Shown here: piece after piece, positions 46,799-57,803 of the stretch
How positions within the stretch are numbered: position 1 is the first letter of the stretch
Layout of the letters: each line of letters opens with the position of its first letter
Assembly (NCBI GenBank): GCA_036376615.1
Contig: DASUZZ010000010.1
Location: 4,614-68,613 of the forward strand
Direction: 5' to 3'
DNA length: 64,000 nt
From: Gaiellaceae bacterium
GTDB lineage: Bacteria; Actinomycetota; Thermoleophilia; Gaiellales; Gaiellaceae
Notes under the pieces: model-generated
What the model saw: only the letters and a program-made list of their open reading frames with translations
The model's database searches: none
Told to the model about the DNA's origin: nothing
Made by a program: the position numbers and the translations under genes

Positions 46799-49700
46799 TC
46801 CGCGTAGCGGCGGGCGGCGGCGAGCGCGCGCCGGCCGGCCTCGGCGCCGAGCTTGCGGCCGGCGGCGACGTCCGCCGGGAGCTGGATCCCGTCCGCCAGG
46901 CCCGACGCGCTCGCCTGTGCGGCCTCGCGGGCGAACGAGCGGCCCGTGAGCGCGCTCAGCACCGCGTCGGCGGCGTCGGCGAATGCGCTCGACTCGGAGA
47001 CCCATCCCGGCGATGCCGGCGTGGCGGCGGGCGGCGTCCAGCGCGAGCCGAGCACCCAGCGTCCGCGTAGGCGAACGCGCACCTGGCCCGCGTCCGGCCC
47101 GGTCTTCACGAGCTCGATCAATCCCGGCACGAGCGGCAGCCCATCCGTGCTGTACGACGGCGCACTGCGGTCGCTCGACTGCCCCTGGAAGGCGAGGTAG
47201 CGGATCATCGAGATCGGCCGCGGCGACTGGTAGGCGCGCTTGGCGCCGAACGCCGCCACGGCGGCGTCGTTGAGGGCGCCGTTGAGCGCGAGCTCGAGGC
47301 GCACGTCCCGGGCGAGCGCCTCAGGAGCGCCGGCGGGGGCCGGGAGCGAGTCGACGACGGCGTTCCAGCGGAGCGGCGAGGTGCCGGGACGCGTGACCCT
47401 GCTCCGGCCCGCGGTCGCACGGATCACGGCCACCGCCGCCCGCTTGTACGCGGAGCCCGACGGATCGCCGGTCGGCGGCGAGCCCGGGTCGAGCGGCCGA
47501 CCCTTCGCGAACGTGCGGACGCGGCCCCAGTGTGCGCCGACGAAGGTCTGGACGGCCGCGGGGACGGGGGAGAGGCCCTTCTCGGCGACCTGCCCGAGCG
47601 CGAGCGGCTGCCAGAAGGTTGCGTCGTGCACCGTCGACACGCCCTGGCTCACGACCAGCGGCGCGTTCTCCGGCGTATATCTGGCGTCGACGTAGTGCTG
47701 CGCCTCGAGCGAGCCGTCGTCGCGGCCGGCGGCGATCGCCGCGGCGGCGATCCGATTGCCGAGCGCCTCCGGCGAGCTGCCCTTCGTGCTCGTGAGCCCG
47801 GGCGAGTAGCAGAGCGAATGCAGGCGCCGGTCGAGCGTCGCGAACGTCGTGCCCAGGTTCGCGTCGAAGGACGCACGCCACACGAGCAGGCGGTAGGCGG
47901 CGTAGCTGATCGCCTCCCGCCGCGCCGCCTCCACGTCGGACGAGCTCTGCTTCTCGGTGTCGAAATAGCCGTGCGCCCTGGCGTCGTACGCGGCCCATGC
48001 GTCCCACATTGCGGCGGACAGGTCGAACAGGTTGCGCGCCTGCACCGGCTCGGCCGCGTTGCCGGCGCGCAGGACGTCGAGGGCCGTCTCGTTCCAGGCG
48101 GCCGCGATCGACGATGCGTGCAGCGGCGTCGGGGTGCAGGTCGCGAGCCGGCCGGCCGCGGGCGCTGCGCTCTGCGAAAGCGTGCGCGGAGGCACGAGCA
48201 CCGGCACGATCTGGTCGGCGGCCACGTCCTCGAGGCGGATCGAGCCGCCCCACGGATAGCGCACGATCAGCTGCCTGACCGACGTCGCCGCCCCGAGGCC
48301 GAAGTGCACGCGCGGGTCCGATGACGAGAGGTAGCTGCTGCCTGCCTGCACCTGTTGCACGAGCCGCCGGCCGCTCGGCAGGACGAGGGTGATGACGGCT
48401 CCGGGCGCGAACTTCGTCAGCCCGACGTCGAGCCAGTGACCGCTCCTCCCGGATGGCTGCAGCAGTACGAGCCTGCCGCCGATCGTGTTGATCGCGATGT
48501 CCATCCGTCCGTCGTTGTCGACGTCGGCGGCGGCGAGCCCGCGTCCGTTGAGCGACAGGCCGTTTCGACCGAGGATGCTGCGGGCGTTGCCGTAGCGCTG
48601 GAGCGTTCCCCGGTTGGCGGCGCGCGTCAGCACGCGCACGGGCTCGGCGTCGCGGGCGAGGCTCGTCACCGGGATCGCGCCGGCCGTGAGGACGAGGTCG
48701 GGGTTTCCCGAGTTCGCGAGGTCGACCCACGACGCGCCCCAGCCGGCGAAGTCGGAGCCGAGCGCCTCGTCGAACGACGGGCGCGCGCTCGCGAACGCGG
48801 GCGGGCCGGCCGCCCGGAGGCGGCGGAACGCGGCCGACGGCTCGTGTCGCGAGTTCGTGACGAACAGGCTCTGGAGGCCGTCCGTGCCGTCGCTCGTGGC
48901 GATGCCCATCCCCGCGAAGCGATCGGCGACGCCCTCTGCGGCGGCGCGCTCCTCGAAGCGGAAGCCGAGCCCGGCCGGGTCGGCCTTCGCGCCGCCGGGC
49001 CACGGGACGTTCTCGTAGAGCTGGTTCGGGTCCTCGTCGTTCGCGACATAGAGATCGGGTCGCCCGTCGCCGTTGTAGTCGACGAAGACGGCGCCGAGGC
49101 CGTGGCGCGGGGCGGCCGACTCCAGCCCCGCCGGCACGCCGACCTCGCGGAACCGAGCCCGGCCGTTCGGCCCATTCCCCTCGTTCAGATAGAGGAGGTC
49201 GCGGACGGCTGCGAGGTTCGTCGGGAAGCCGGCGATCGAGCCGGGCACGGGCGTGTTCGGGTCGGCGTAGCCGGCGACGAAGACGTCGGGCCGCCCGTCG
49301 CCGTTCACGTCGGCGACGGCCGCGCCGCTGTACCAGCCGGTGGCGTCCATCCCGGCGGCGCGCGCGCCCTCGCTGAACGTGCCGTTGCCGTTGTTCCAGA
49401 GCAGGTGGATCCCGGTCGTGGTCGTGACGAGCAGGTCGGGCCGCCCGTCGCCGTTCAGGTCGGCGGCGACGCAACCGTCGCCCTGCACCTGCACGCCGGC
49501 GTGCGCGCTCGTAGTCACGTTGCGGAACGCGCCGTGCACGTTCTCGAATAGCGCCGATCGCGGCAGGCCGCCGTGCGCCTTCCACTGCGCGACGTCGGCG
49601 TCCGAGTACGAGTTGACGGCGAAGAGATCCTCCCAGCCGTCGCCGTTGTAGTCGAGCCAGCAGACCCCTCCACCCATCATCGCCCGGTAGTCGTTCGACA

Positions 49701-51330
49701 TGCCGTAGCGGAACGAGCCCTGGCGGAAGTCGAGTCCGACCTGCGCCGCCACGTTGCGCAGCCGCACCCCGCCGGCGCTCGACCTGAGCTCGCTGACGGT
49801 CTGCGTGGTCTGCGGCTGCACCGCCGCGCCCGTCGTGCCGGGCATCGCGACGATCACGAACCTGCCGCCGCTCTGCTGCAGGTCGAACGTGCCCGTGAAG
49901 GTGCTCGGGGCACTCTGGCCGTCGGACGTGGGCGGAACGCCGCGATACGCGACGCGCTGAACGGTCCCCTTTGCGAGTGCGACCACCGTCGGCGGCCCCT
50001 GATCCTTGCCGGGCACGAGCCTGAGGCTGAGCCGGTCGATGCGGTAGTCGGGGACCTGCACCGCCTCGGTGACGGGTGCAGCGACCTTGCTCTGCAGCTG
50101 GTCGAGCACGTCGGTCCCGACGGCCTGCGAGGCGAGGCTGAGGTTGCGCTGCGAGACCGCCCGCGCCTGCAGGTCGAGGTCTGCGAGCAGGTCCCGTGCG
50201 ATCGCGCGCGCCGTCTGGCTGTCGAGCTGGGTCGACACGCCGCTCGAGTGGAGGATCGTGAGTTGCGGTAGCGCGCCCGTGCTCGCGGGCATCGCCGCAG
50301 TTGCGACCGGCCCGGGGCTGGCGGCGACGAGCGCGCCGACGTAGGCGGCGAGCCCGGCCGCACCGGCGACGGCGAGCCAGCGCCGCGAGAGCCTCGGCAA
50401 CGGCCGCGGCAGGGCCGCCAGCACCGTCTGGCCGAGGCAGACGACGGCGAGCGCGCTCAGCAGCGCGACCTTCGACCAGTACTCGGTGCGCATCGGCGCG
50501 ATCAGCAGCGTCGCGACGACCCCGATCGCGACCGCATAGCGGAGCCGCGCCGTCGGCCCCTTCGGCGCAGTCTTCGGGTCGGTGATCATGAAGAAGAGGA
50601 AGACGAGGACCTCGGGCGACGTGACGAGGAGCCACCAGAACGTGAAGCCGCCGATCGGGCCGAGATGCCAGCGCGCGGTCATCTGGTGGCCGGCCGCGGC
50701 GAGAACGCCGATGCCGACGGCGAAGGTCGCCCAGAACCCGAGCGCGACGCGCAGCAGCGCGAGCCGCGAGAGGATCGTGAAGCCGCCTGCGAGGATCACG
50801 GCGAGCGCGACCACGAGCCACGCGGACATCGGGCCCCACCAGAAGTCGAGCGGCTCCGCCTTCGTCACCGGCAGCAGCAGGAAGCAGAGGACGAGGCCGA
50901 CGTTCGACGGGTTGAAGACGTGGTTGCCTCGGAACGTGAGCACGTACTTCGAGAGGAGCGAGACCGCGGCGGTGGCGGCGAAGATCCACCAGCCGCGCAT
51001 CGACCACCAGTCGCCGTGCTGCGTGCCCGGCACCCGGAGCACGAAGGCGACGCCGTTGCCGGTCAGCATCGCGCTCGCCGGCCAGAGCAGGACGTGCTGC
51101 GTGCGCATCGCGATTCCGATCTCGAGGACGGCGCACGTGAGGATCGCGACCAGGATCTGGGCGATCGAGAGCCGGAAGTGGAACCCGATCTGGCCGATCA
51201 CCTGCAGCGAGATGATCGTCGCCGCGAGGTGAAGGCGCGGGTCGCGGAGCTTCGGCAGCAGCACCGGGTAGGCGCGGCCGCGGATGGTGAGCGTCGGCGG
51301 GCCCGCCGGAGCCGGTACCGCTGTACTCAT
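46795..51330 (-). CDS. 1511-aa multidomain membrane protein: RnfD/NqrB-like polytopic domain + linker domain + FG-GAP/VCBS repeats with UnbV/ASPIC domain + degenerate PAP2/vanadium-haloperoxidase-like domain
   Basis: ATG 51330 (MSTAVPAP).
- RnfD/NqrB-type motifs: LRDPRLH, PASAMLTGNGVAFVL, HVFNPSNVG, MITDPKTAP.
- FG-GAP repeats: DYNGDGWEDLF, DLNGDGRPDLLV, DVNGDGRPDVFV, DYNGDGRPDLYV, DVDNDGRMDIAI.
- UnbV/ASPIC domain: GSSYLSSSDPRVHFGLG.
- C-terminal PAP2-like domain: KRAYQSPRP is present, but the SGH and GIH positions read SES and GIQ. Confidence 0.8.
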   Translation of the reverse strand: MSTAVPAPAGPPTLTIRGRAYPVLLPKLRDPRLHLAATIISLQVIGQIGFHFRLSIAQILVAILTCAVLEIGIAMRTQHVLLWPASAMLTGNGVAFVLRVPGTQHGDWWSMRGWWIFAATAAVSLLSKYVLTFRGNHVFNPSNVGLVLCFLLLPVTKAEPLDFWWGPMSAWLVVALAVILAGGFTILSRLALLRVALGFWATFAVGIGVLAAAGHQMTARWHLGPIGGFTFWWLLVTSPEVLVFLFFMITDPKTAPKGPTARLRYAVAIGVVATLLIAPMRTEYWSKVALLSALAVVCLGQTVLAALPRPLPRLSRRWLAVAGAAGLAAYVGALVAASPGPVATAAMPASTGALPQLTILHSSGVSTQLDSQTARAIARDLLADLDLQARAVSQRNLSLASQAVGTDVLDQLQSKVAAPVTEAVQVPDYRIDRLSLRLVPGKDQGPPTVVALAKGTVQRVAYRGVPPTSDGQSAPSTFTGTFDLQQSGGRFVIVAMPGTTGAAVQPQTTQTVSELRSSAGGVRLRNVAAQVGLDFRQGSFRYGMSNDYRAMMGGGVCWLDYNGDGWEDLFAVNSYSDADVAQWKAHGGLPRSALFENVHGAFRNVTTSAHAGVQVQGDGCVAADLNGDGRPDLLVTTTTGIHLLWNNGNGTFSEGARAAGMDATGWYSGAAVADVNGDGRPDVFVAGYADPNTPVPGSIAGFPTNLAAVRDLLYLNEGNGPNGRARFREVGVPAGLESAAPRHGLGAVFVDYNGDGRPDLYVANDEDPNQLYENVPWPGGAKADPAGLGFRFEERAAAEGVADRFAGMGIATSDGTDGLQSLFVTNSRHEPSAAFRRLRAAGPPAFASARPSFDEALGSDFAGWGASWVDLANSGNPDLVLTAGAIPVTSLARDAEPVRVLTRAANRGTLQRYGNARSILGRNGLSLNGRGLAAADVDNDGRMDIAINTIGGRLVLLQPSGRSGHWLDVGLTKFAPGAVITLVLPSGRRLVQQVQAGSSYLSSSDPRVHFGLGAATSVRQLIVRYPWGGSIRLEDVAADQIVPVLVPPRTLSQSAAPAAGRLATCTPTPLHASSIAAAWNETALDVLRAGNAAEPVQARNLFDLSAAMWDAWAAYDARAHGYFDTEKQSSSDVEAARREAISYAAYRLLVWRASFDANLGTTFATLDRRLHSLCYSPGLTSTKGSSPEALGNRIAAAAIAAGRDDGSLEAQHYVDARYTPENAPLVVSQGVSTVHDATFWQPLALGQVAEKGLSPVPAAVQTFVGAHWGRVRTFAKGRPLDPGSPPTGDPSGSAYKRAAVAVIRATAGRSRVTRPGTSPLRWNAVVDSLPAPAGAPEALARDVRLELALNGALNDAAVAAFGAKRAYQSPRPISMIRYLAFQGQSSDRSAPSYSTDGLPLVPGLIELVKTGPDAGQVRVRLRGRWVLGSRWTPPAATPASPGWVSESSAFADAADAVLSALTGRSFAREAAQASASGLADGIQLPADVAAGRKLGAEAGRRALAAARRYAD

Positions 51331-51377
51331 CAGGCCGTCAGGGTAGCCGGGTGAACCGATTCTCTTACTATCTCGCG

Positions 51378-53176
<1,799 letters not shown>

Positions 53177-53182
53177 CGCGAA

Positions 53183-54286
53183 ATGGGAGAGATCGGCGTT
53201 GGCATGCTGGGCTACGCGTTCATGGGCAAGGCGCACTCGAACGCCTTCAGGAAGATCGCCTACATCACGTGGCCGCCGCCGCTCTCACCGAGGCTCGTCG
53301 GGATCGCGGGCCGGAACGAGGAGGCGGTCGCCGAGGCCGCGCGCCGCTACGGCTACGACTACGCGACGACCGACTGGCGCGACCTTGTCGCCGACGAGCG
53401 GATCGGCCTCTTCGACAACGGCGGCCCCAATTCGCTGCACGCCGAGCCGACGATCGCCGCCGCCGAGGCCGGCAAGCACGTCGTCTGCGAGAAGCCGCTC
53501 GGCCGCGACGCCGACGAGAGCTACGAGATCTGGCAACGCGTCGCCGCGACGGGCGTCAAGCACCTGTGCGCGTTCAACTACCGGTTCGTCCCGGCCGTGC
53601 GGCTCGCGCGCGAGCTGATCGACGCGGGCGAGCTCGGCGAGGTGCGCCACTTCCGCGGCCGCTACCTGCAGGACTGGGCCGACGACGCGTCGCTCGACAC
53701 GTGGCGCTTCCATCCCGACGAGGCGGGCTCCGGCGCGCTCGGTGACCTCGGCACGCACGTGATCGACCTGGCCCGCTTCCTGAACGGCGAGATCGCCTCC
53801 GTCGGCGGCTTCCTGAAGACGTTCCTGCCTGGCCGGAAGGTGGACGACGCGCTCGAGGCGACCGTCGAGTTCGAGAACGGCTCGATCGGGACGATCGAGT
53901 CGACGCGGCTCGCGCTCGGGCGCCGTAACGCTCTCCAGTGGGAGATCAACGGGTCGAAGGCGTCGCTCGCGTTCGACATGCAGCAGATGAACGACCTCCA
54001 GGTGTTCCGCGCCGACGGCGACCGTGCCCGCGGCTTCAAGACGGTGCCGGTCACCGAGGCCGACCATCCGTTCTCGGAGCACTGGTGGCCGCCGGGCCAC
54101 GTCGTCGGCTGGGGCGACACCTTCGTGCACGAGCTGCACCACTTCCTCGCGGCGATCGCGACCGGCGAGGCGGTCGCGCCGTACGGAGCGACGTTCGAGG
54201 ACGGCTACCGCGCCGCCGAGGTCGCCGATGCGATCGTTCGCTCGGGCACGTCCGCCGCGCGCGAGACGGTCTCGTACCGCTCCTGA
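53183..54286 (+). CDS. Gfo/Idh/MocA-family oxidoreductase
   Basis: IGVGMLGYAFMGKAH...GKHVVCEKPLGR, with a C-terminal alpha/beta oligomerisation domain. Confidence 0.88.
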   Translation: MGEIGVGMLGYAFMGKAHSNAFRKIAYITWPPPLSPRLVGIAGRNEEAVAEAARRYGYDYATTDWRDLVADERIGLFDNGGPNSLHAEPTIAAAEAGKHVVCEKPLGRDADESYEIWQRVAATGVKHLCAFNYRFVPAVRLARELIDAGELGEVRHFRGRYLQDWADDASLDTWRFHPDEAGSGALGDLGTHVIDLARFLNGEIASVGGFLKTFLPGRKVDDALEATVEFENGSIGTIESTRLALGRRNALQWEINGSKASLAFDMQQMNDLQVFRADGDRARGFKTVPVTEADHPFSEHWWPPGHVVGWGDTFVHELHHFLAAIATGEAVAPYGATFEDGYRAAEVADAIVRSGTSAARETVSYRS

Positions 54287-54331
54287 TCAGTCCGCTCGCT
54301 GTTCATCTTCCTGCCGAAGTCGCCCGCGATC

Positions 54332-55393
54332 TCACCGGCCGAGGACGACCGTCGCCTTCCCGCCGCGGAAGCCGAGCGCCTCCTCGAAGCGGTCGAGCGG
54401 AACGCGCACGGCGATCAGCGCCTCGAGCGCGTCCTGCCACCGGGCGCGGGCGCGGTCGAGGGCGGCGACCCCCTCCATCCAGTCCGACCGGTGCGCGTTG
54501 ACGCTGCCGAAGACGACGCGGTTCTCGAGGATCGTGTCGACGCCGAGCACGCGGCCGTCGAGCGTGACGCGCTGCTCGCGTCCGTCGATCCCGAGCAGGC
54601 AGAGGATGCCGCTGCGGCCGAGCAGCGCGAAGCTGTCGGCCTGCAGCTGGGCATCGCCCGCGGCCTCGACGACGAGGTCGAAGCCGCCCGCCTCCTCGCG
54701 CAGCGCGGCGAGCTCCGTGTGCTCCGTCGAGGCATAGCGCGCCCCGCATGCCTCGATCACCGCCGCGCGCTGATCGTCCGCAGGCTCGAGCGACGCGACC
54801 CAGACGTCGACGTCCGCGAGCCGGAGCAGGAACGTCGTGAGCGCTCCGACGGAGCCGGCTCCGAGGACGAGCGCCCGCCGGAGGCGCCACGGCTGCCGGC
54901 CGCCGATCGTGCGCGCGTGGCGGATCGCGCGCGCGCAGATCGACGCCGGCTCGGCCAGGACGCCGAGCCTGCCGAGCGATGCCGGGATGGAGACGAGCTG
55001 GGCCGGGTCCTCGGGCACGAGCTCGCGCGCGAAGCCGTCCAGGCGGGTGATCCCGCGCTCGAAGTAGTCCCCGCTGAGGCACGAGTCGGGCGCGCCCTCG
55101 TCGCAGGCGAGGCAGTGCGTGCAGGAGCGGCGCACCGTGGCGGTGACGAGCTGGCCGCGCGTAAACCCGTGGCCGTCGCGCTCCACGACCGCGAGTGCCT
55201 CGTGGCCGAGGACGAGCTCGCGTTCGCCCGTGGGCGCGACCCCGAACAGTCCGTGCGCGATCTCGCGGTCGGTTCCGCACACGCCGACCTCGAGCACGCG
55301 GAGCAGTACCTCGTGGGCGCGAGCTGCCGCGTCGGGGACGTCGGCGACGTGGATCGAGTGCGGGACGCCGGGCTGGGTGAGGAGTGCCTGCAC
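54332..55393 (-). CDS. Zn-dependent medium-chain dehydrogenase, glucose/aldose 1-dehydrogenase-like
   Basis: The GTG start shares 1 nt with the upstream TAG. Motifs include VGVCGTDREI, GHEALAVV, a structural-Zn Cys cluster CTHCLACDEGAPDSC, and GAGSVG. Confidence 0.85.
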   Translation of the reverse strand: MQALLTQPGVPHSIHVADVPDAAARAHEVLLRVLEVGVCGTDREIAHGLFGVAPTGERELVLGHEALAVVERDGHGFTRGQLVTATVRRSCTHCLACDEGAPDSCLSGDYFERGITRLDGFARELVPEDPAQLVSIPASLGRLGVLAEPASICARAIRHARTIGGRQPWRLRRALVLGAGSVGALTTFLLRLADVDVWVASLEPADDQRAAVIEACGARYASTEHTELAALREEAGGFDLVVEAAGDAQLQADSFALLGRSGILCLLGIDGREQRVTLDGRVLGVDTILENRVVFGSVNAHRSDWMEGVAALDRARARWQDALEALIAVRVPLDRFEEALGFRGGKATVVLGR

Positions 55394-56109
55394 TACGCGG
55401 CGGTGAGGCCGCCGTCTGCGACGAGCACGGTGCCGGTCACGAACGCCGCCTCGTCGGAGGCGAGGTACGCCGCCGCGCCGGCCACCTCCTCCGGCGTGCC
55501 GAGCCGGCCCATCGGCTGACGGGCGCGGAGGTCGTCGAGCGATTCGCCAGCGTCCTCGACGAGACGCCGCACCCACGGCGAGTCGACGGTGCCGGGACAG
55601 AGGGCGTTGACGCGGATCCCGTCGCCGACGTGGTCGACCGCGAGCGCGCGCGTCAGCGACACGACGGCGCCCTTCGACGCGCAGTAGGCGGCGCGGTTCC
55701 GCAGGCCGACGAGCGCGGCCACCGACGCGACGTTGACGATCGAGCCCGCGCCGCGTGCGGCCATGCCGGGGATCGCGTGCTTGCAGCACAGGAACGTGCC
55801 GCGCGCATTCACCGCGAAGACGTTCTCCCAGACGTCGAGCGGCGTCGCGGGTGCGGTGGTCGTGGTACCGATGCCCGCGACGTTCACCAGCACGTCGAGG
55901 CCCTCCATCGCGGGCCCGACCTGCTGCTCGTCGCGCACGTCGAGCCGGATCGCCGTTCCGCCCAGCTCGGCGGCGAGCGATGCGGCCGGGGCGAGCTCGA
56001 CGTCCGCGAGCACGACGTCGGCGCCTTCGCCGGCAAGCCGGCGCGCGATTGCGGCGCCGATACCCGAGCCGGCCCCCGTCACGAGCGCGCGCTTCCCCGT
56101 GAACCTCAC
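55393..56109 (-). CDS. Short-chain dehydrogenase/reductase (classical SDR)
   Basis: GTG 56109 (GTGA overlap). TGAGSGIGAAIA, NVAG and YCASKGAV motifs. Confidence 0.9.
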   Translation of the reverse strand: MRFTGKRALVTGAGSGIGAAIARRLAGEGADVVLADVELAPAASLAAELGGTAIRLDVRDEQQVGPAMEGLDVLVNVAGIGTTTTAPATPLDVWENVFAVNARGTFLCCKHAIPGMAARGAGSIVNVASVAALVGLRNRAAYCASKGAVVSLTRALAVDHVGDGIRVNALCPGTVDSPWVRRLVEDAGESLDDLRARQPMGRLGTPEEVAGAAAYLASDEAAFVTGTVLVADGGLTAA

Positions 56110-57803
56110 GGCACCGATGCTCTCAGGACCGCTCCCTCGGAGGCCGAGCGGACGAGCGCGCGGTAGCGCCCGAACACGCCGGCGTCGTACGGAAGCGGAG
56201 GGAGCGTCCAGGCTGCGAGCCGCGACGCCAGCTCCTCCTCGGTCACGTCGAGCTCGACCCGGCCGGCATCGACGTCGATGGCGATGAGGTCGCCGTCCGC
56301 GACGACGGCGATCGCGCCGCCGCGCGCCGCCTCCGGCGAAACGTGGCCGACCATCAGTCCCCGGGTCGCGCCGGAGAAGCGCCCGTCGGTCACGAGCGCG
56401 ACCGAGTCGCCCAGCCCGGCGCCGACGACCGAGGCGGTGACGCTCAGCATCTCGCGCATGCCGGGCCCGCCCGCCGGCCCCTCGTAGCGCACGACGAGCA
56501 CGTCGCCGGGCCGGGCCGCGCCGGCACGCACCGCCGCCGTGCACGCCTCCTCGCTGTCGAACACGCGTGCAGGCCCGCGATGTGTGCGGCGCCCGCCGGC
56601 GAGCTTCACGAGGCTGCCGTCGGGAGCCAGGTTGCCGCGCAGGACGTGCAGCGCTCCCGTCTCGCGGAAGGGCGCGCCGGCCGCGAAGAGCACCTCGCCG
56701 TCAGGGTCCGCGCAGCCGTCCGACGCCTCGCCGAGCGTGGCTCCGGTCACGGTCGGCGCGCCGCCGTCGACGTGGCCGCCGCGGATCAGCTCGCGGATCA
56801 GCGTCGCGGTGCCGCCGGCGCGCTCGAGCTCGTCGGCGGCGTGCCGGCCGCCCGGAACGAGGCTGGCGAGCACGGGCGTGCGGCTGCCGATCGCCGCGAG
56901 ATCGTCGAGTGTGAGCTCGACGCCGGCCTCGCGCGCGATCGCAAGCAGGTGGAGGACGGCATTGGTCGAACCGCCGCTCGCAGCGACGCCTGCCATCGCA
57001 TGCTCGAGTGCACGGCGGTCGAGGAAGCGGCGCGCGGACGTGCCGGCGTGTGCCAGCGCGACGGCGAGCGTGCCCGTGCGCCGGGCGGCCTCCGCCTTGC
57101 GCTGCGTGTCCTCGGCGGGGATCAGCCCGTCCCCGGTCGCGGATACCCCGAGCAGGTCGAGGGCGACGGCCATGGTCGTGGCGGTGAAGTTGCCGGCGCA
57201 GCTGCCGGCGCCGGGGCAGGCGTGCAGCTCGAGCTCGTCGAGCGCGCTTCGCGAGAGCAGGCCGCGCTCCTCGGCGCCGACCGCCTCCCAGACGTCCTGG
57301 ATCGTCACCCGCCTTTCCGCCACCCGGCCCGCGCGCATCGGCCCGCCGTGCAGCACGACCGCGGGCTTGTCGAGCCGAGCGAGGGCCATCAGCGCCGCCG
57401 GCGTCGTCTTGTCGCAGCCGACGAGGCAGACGAGTGCGTCGAAGTCGTGCGCGTGTGCCATCAGCTCGATCGAGTCCGCGATCACCTCGCGTGAGATCAG
57501 CGAGGCACGCATGCCCGGTGTTCCCTGGGACTGGTTGTCGGAGACGGCGATCGTGTTGAACTCGAGCGCGACGCCGCCGGCCGCCTCGACGGCGTCGGCG
57601 ACGCGCGCGGCGAGCTCGCGCTGGTTGAGGTTGCAGGGCATCGTTCGCGTCCACGTCGACGCGATCCCGACGATCGGTCCTTCGAGCCGCGCCGGATCGA
57701 TGCCCATCGCCCGGAAGTGCGCGCGGGCCGGCGCGCGCTCCGCTCCCCCGACGAGACCGGCGCGCGACCGGCGGCGGAGCGACTCCTGCTGCGGCGTCCT
57801 CAC
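56106..57803 (-). CDS. IlvD/Edd-family dehydratase (sugar-acid dehydratase candidate)
   Basis: GTG 57803 (GTGA overlap). GCDKTTPAALMA, PGAGSCAGNFTATTM and TDGRFSG motifs. Confidence 0.9.
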   Translation of the reverse strand: MRTPQQESLRRRSRAGLVGGAERAPARAHFRAMGIDPARLEGPIVGIASTWTRTMPCNLNQRELAARVADAVEAAGGVALEFNTIAVSDNQSQGTPGMRASLISREVIADSIELMAHAHDFDALVCLVGCDKTTPAALMALARLDKPAVVLHGGPMRAGRVAERRVTIQDVWEAVGAEERGLLSRSALDELELHACPGAGSCAGNFTATTMAVALDLLGVSATGDGLIPAEDTQRKAEAARRTGTLAVALAHAGTSARRFLDRRALEHAMAGVAASGGSTNAVLHLLAIAREAGVELTLDDLAAIGSRTPVLASLVPGGRHAADELERAGGTATLIRELIRGGHVDGGAPTVTGATLGEASDGCADPDGEVLFAAGAPFRETGALHVLRGNLAPDGSLVKLAGGRRTHRGPARVFDSEEACTAAVRAGAARPGDVLVVRYEGPAGGPGMREMLSVTASVVGAGLGDSVALVTDGRFSGATRGLMVGHVSPEAARGGAIAVVADGDLIAIDVDAGRVELDVTEEELASRLAAWTLPPLPYDAGVFGRYRALVRSASEGAVLRASVP

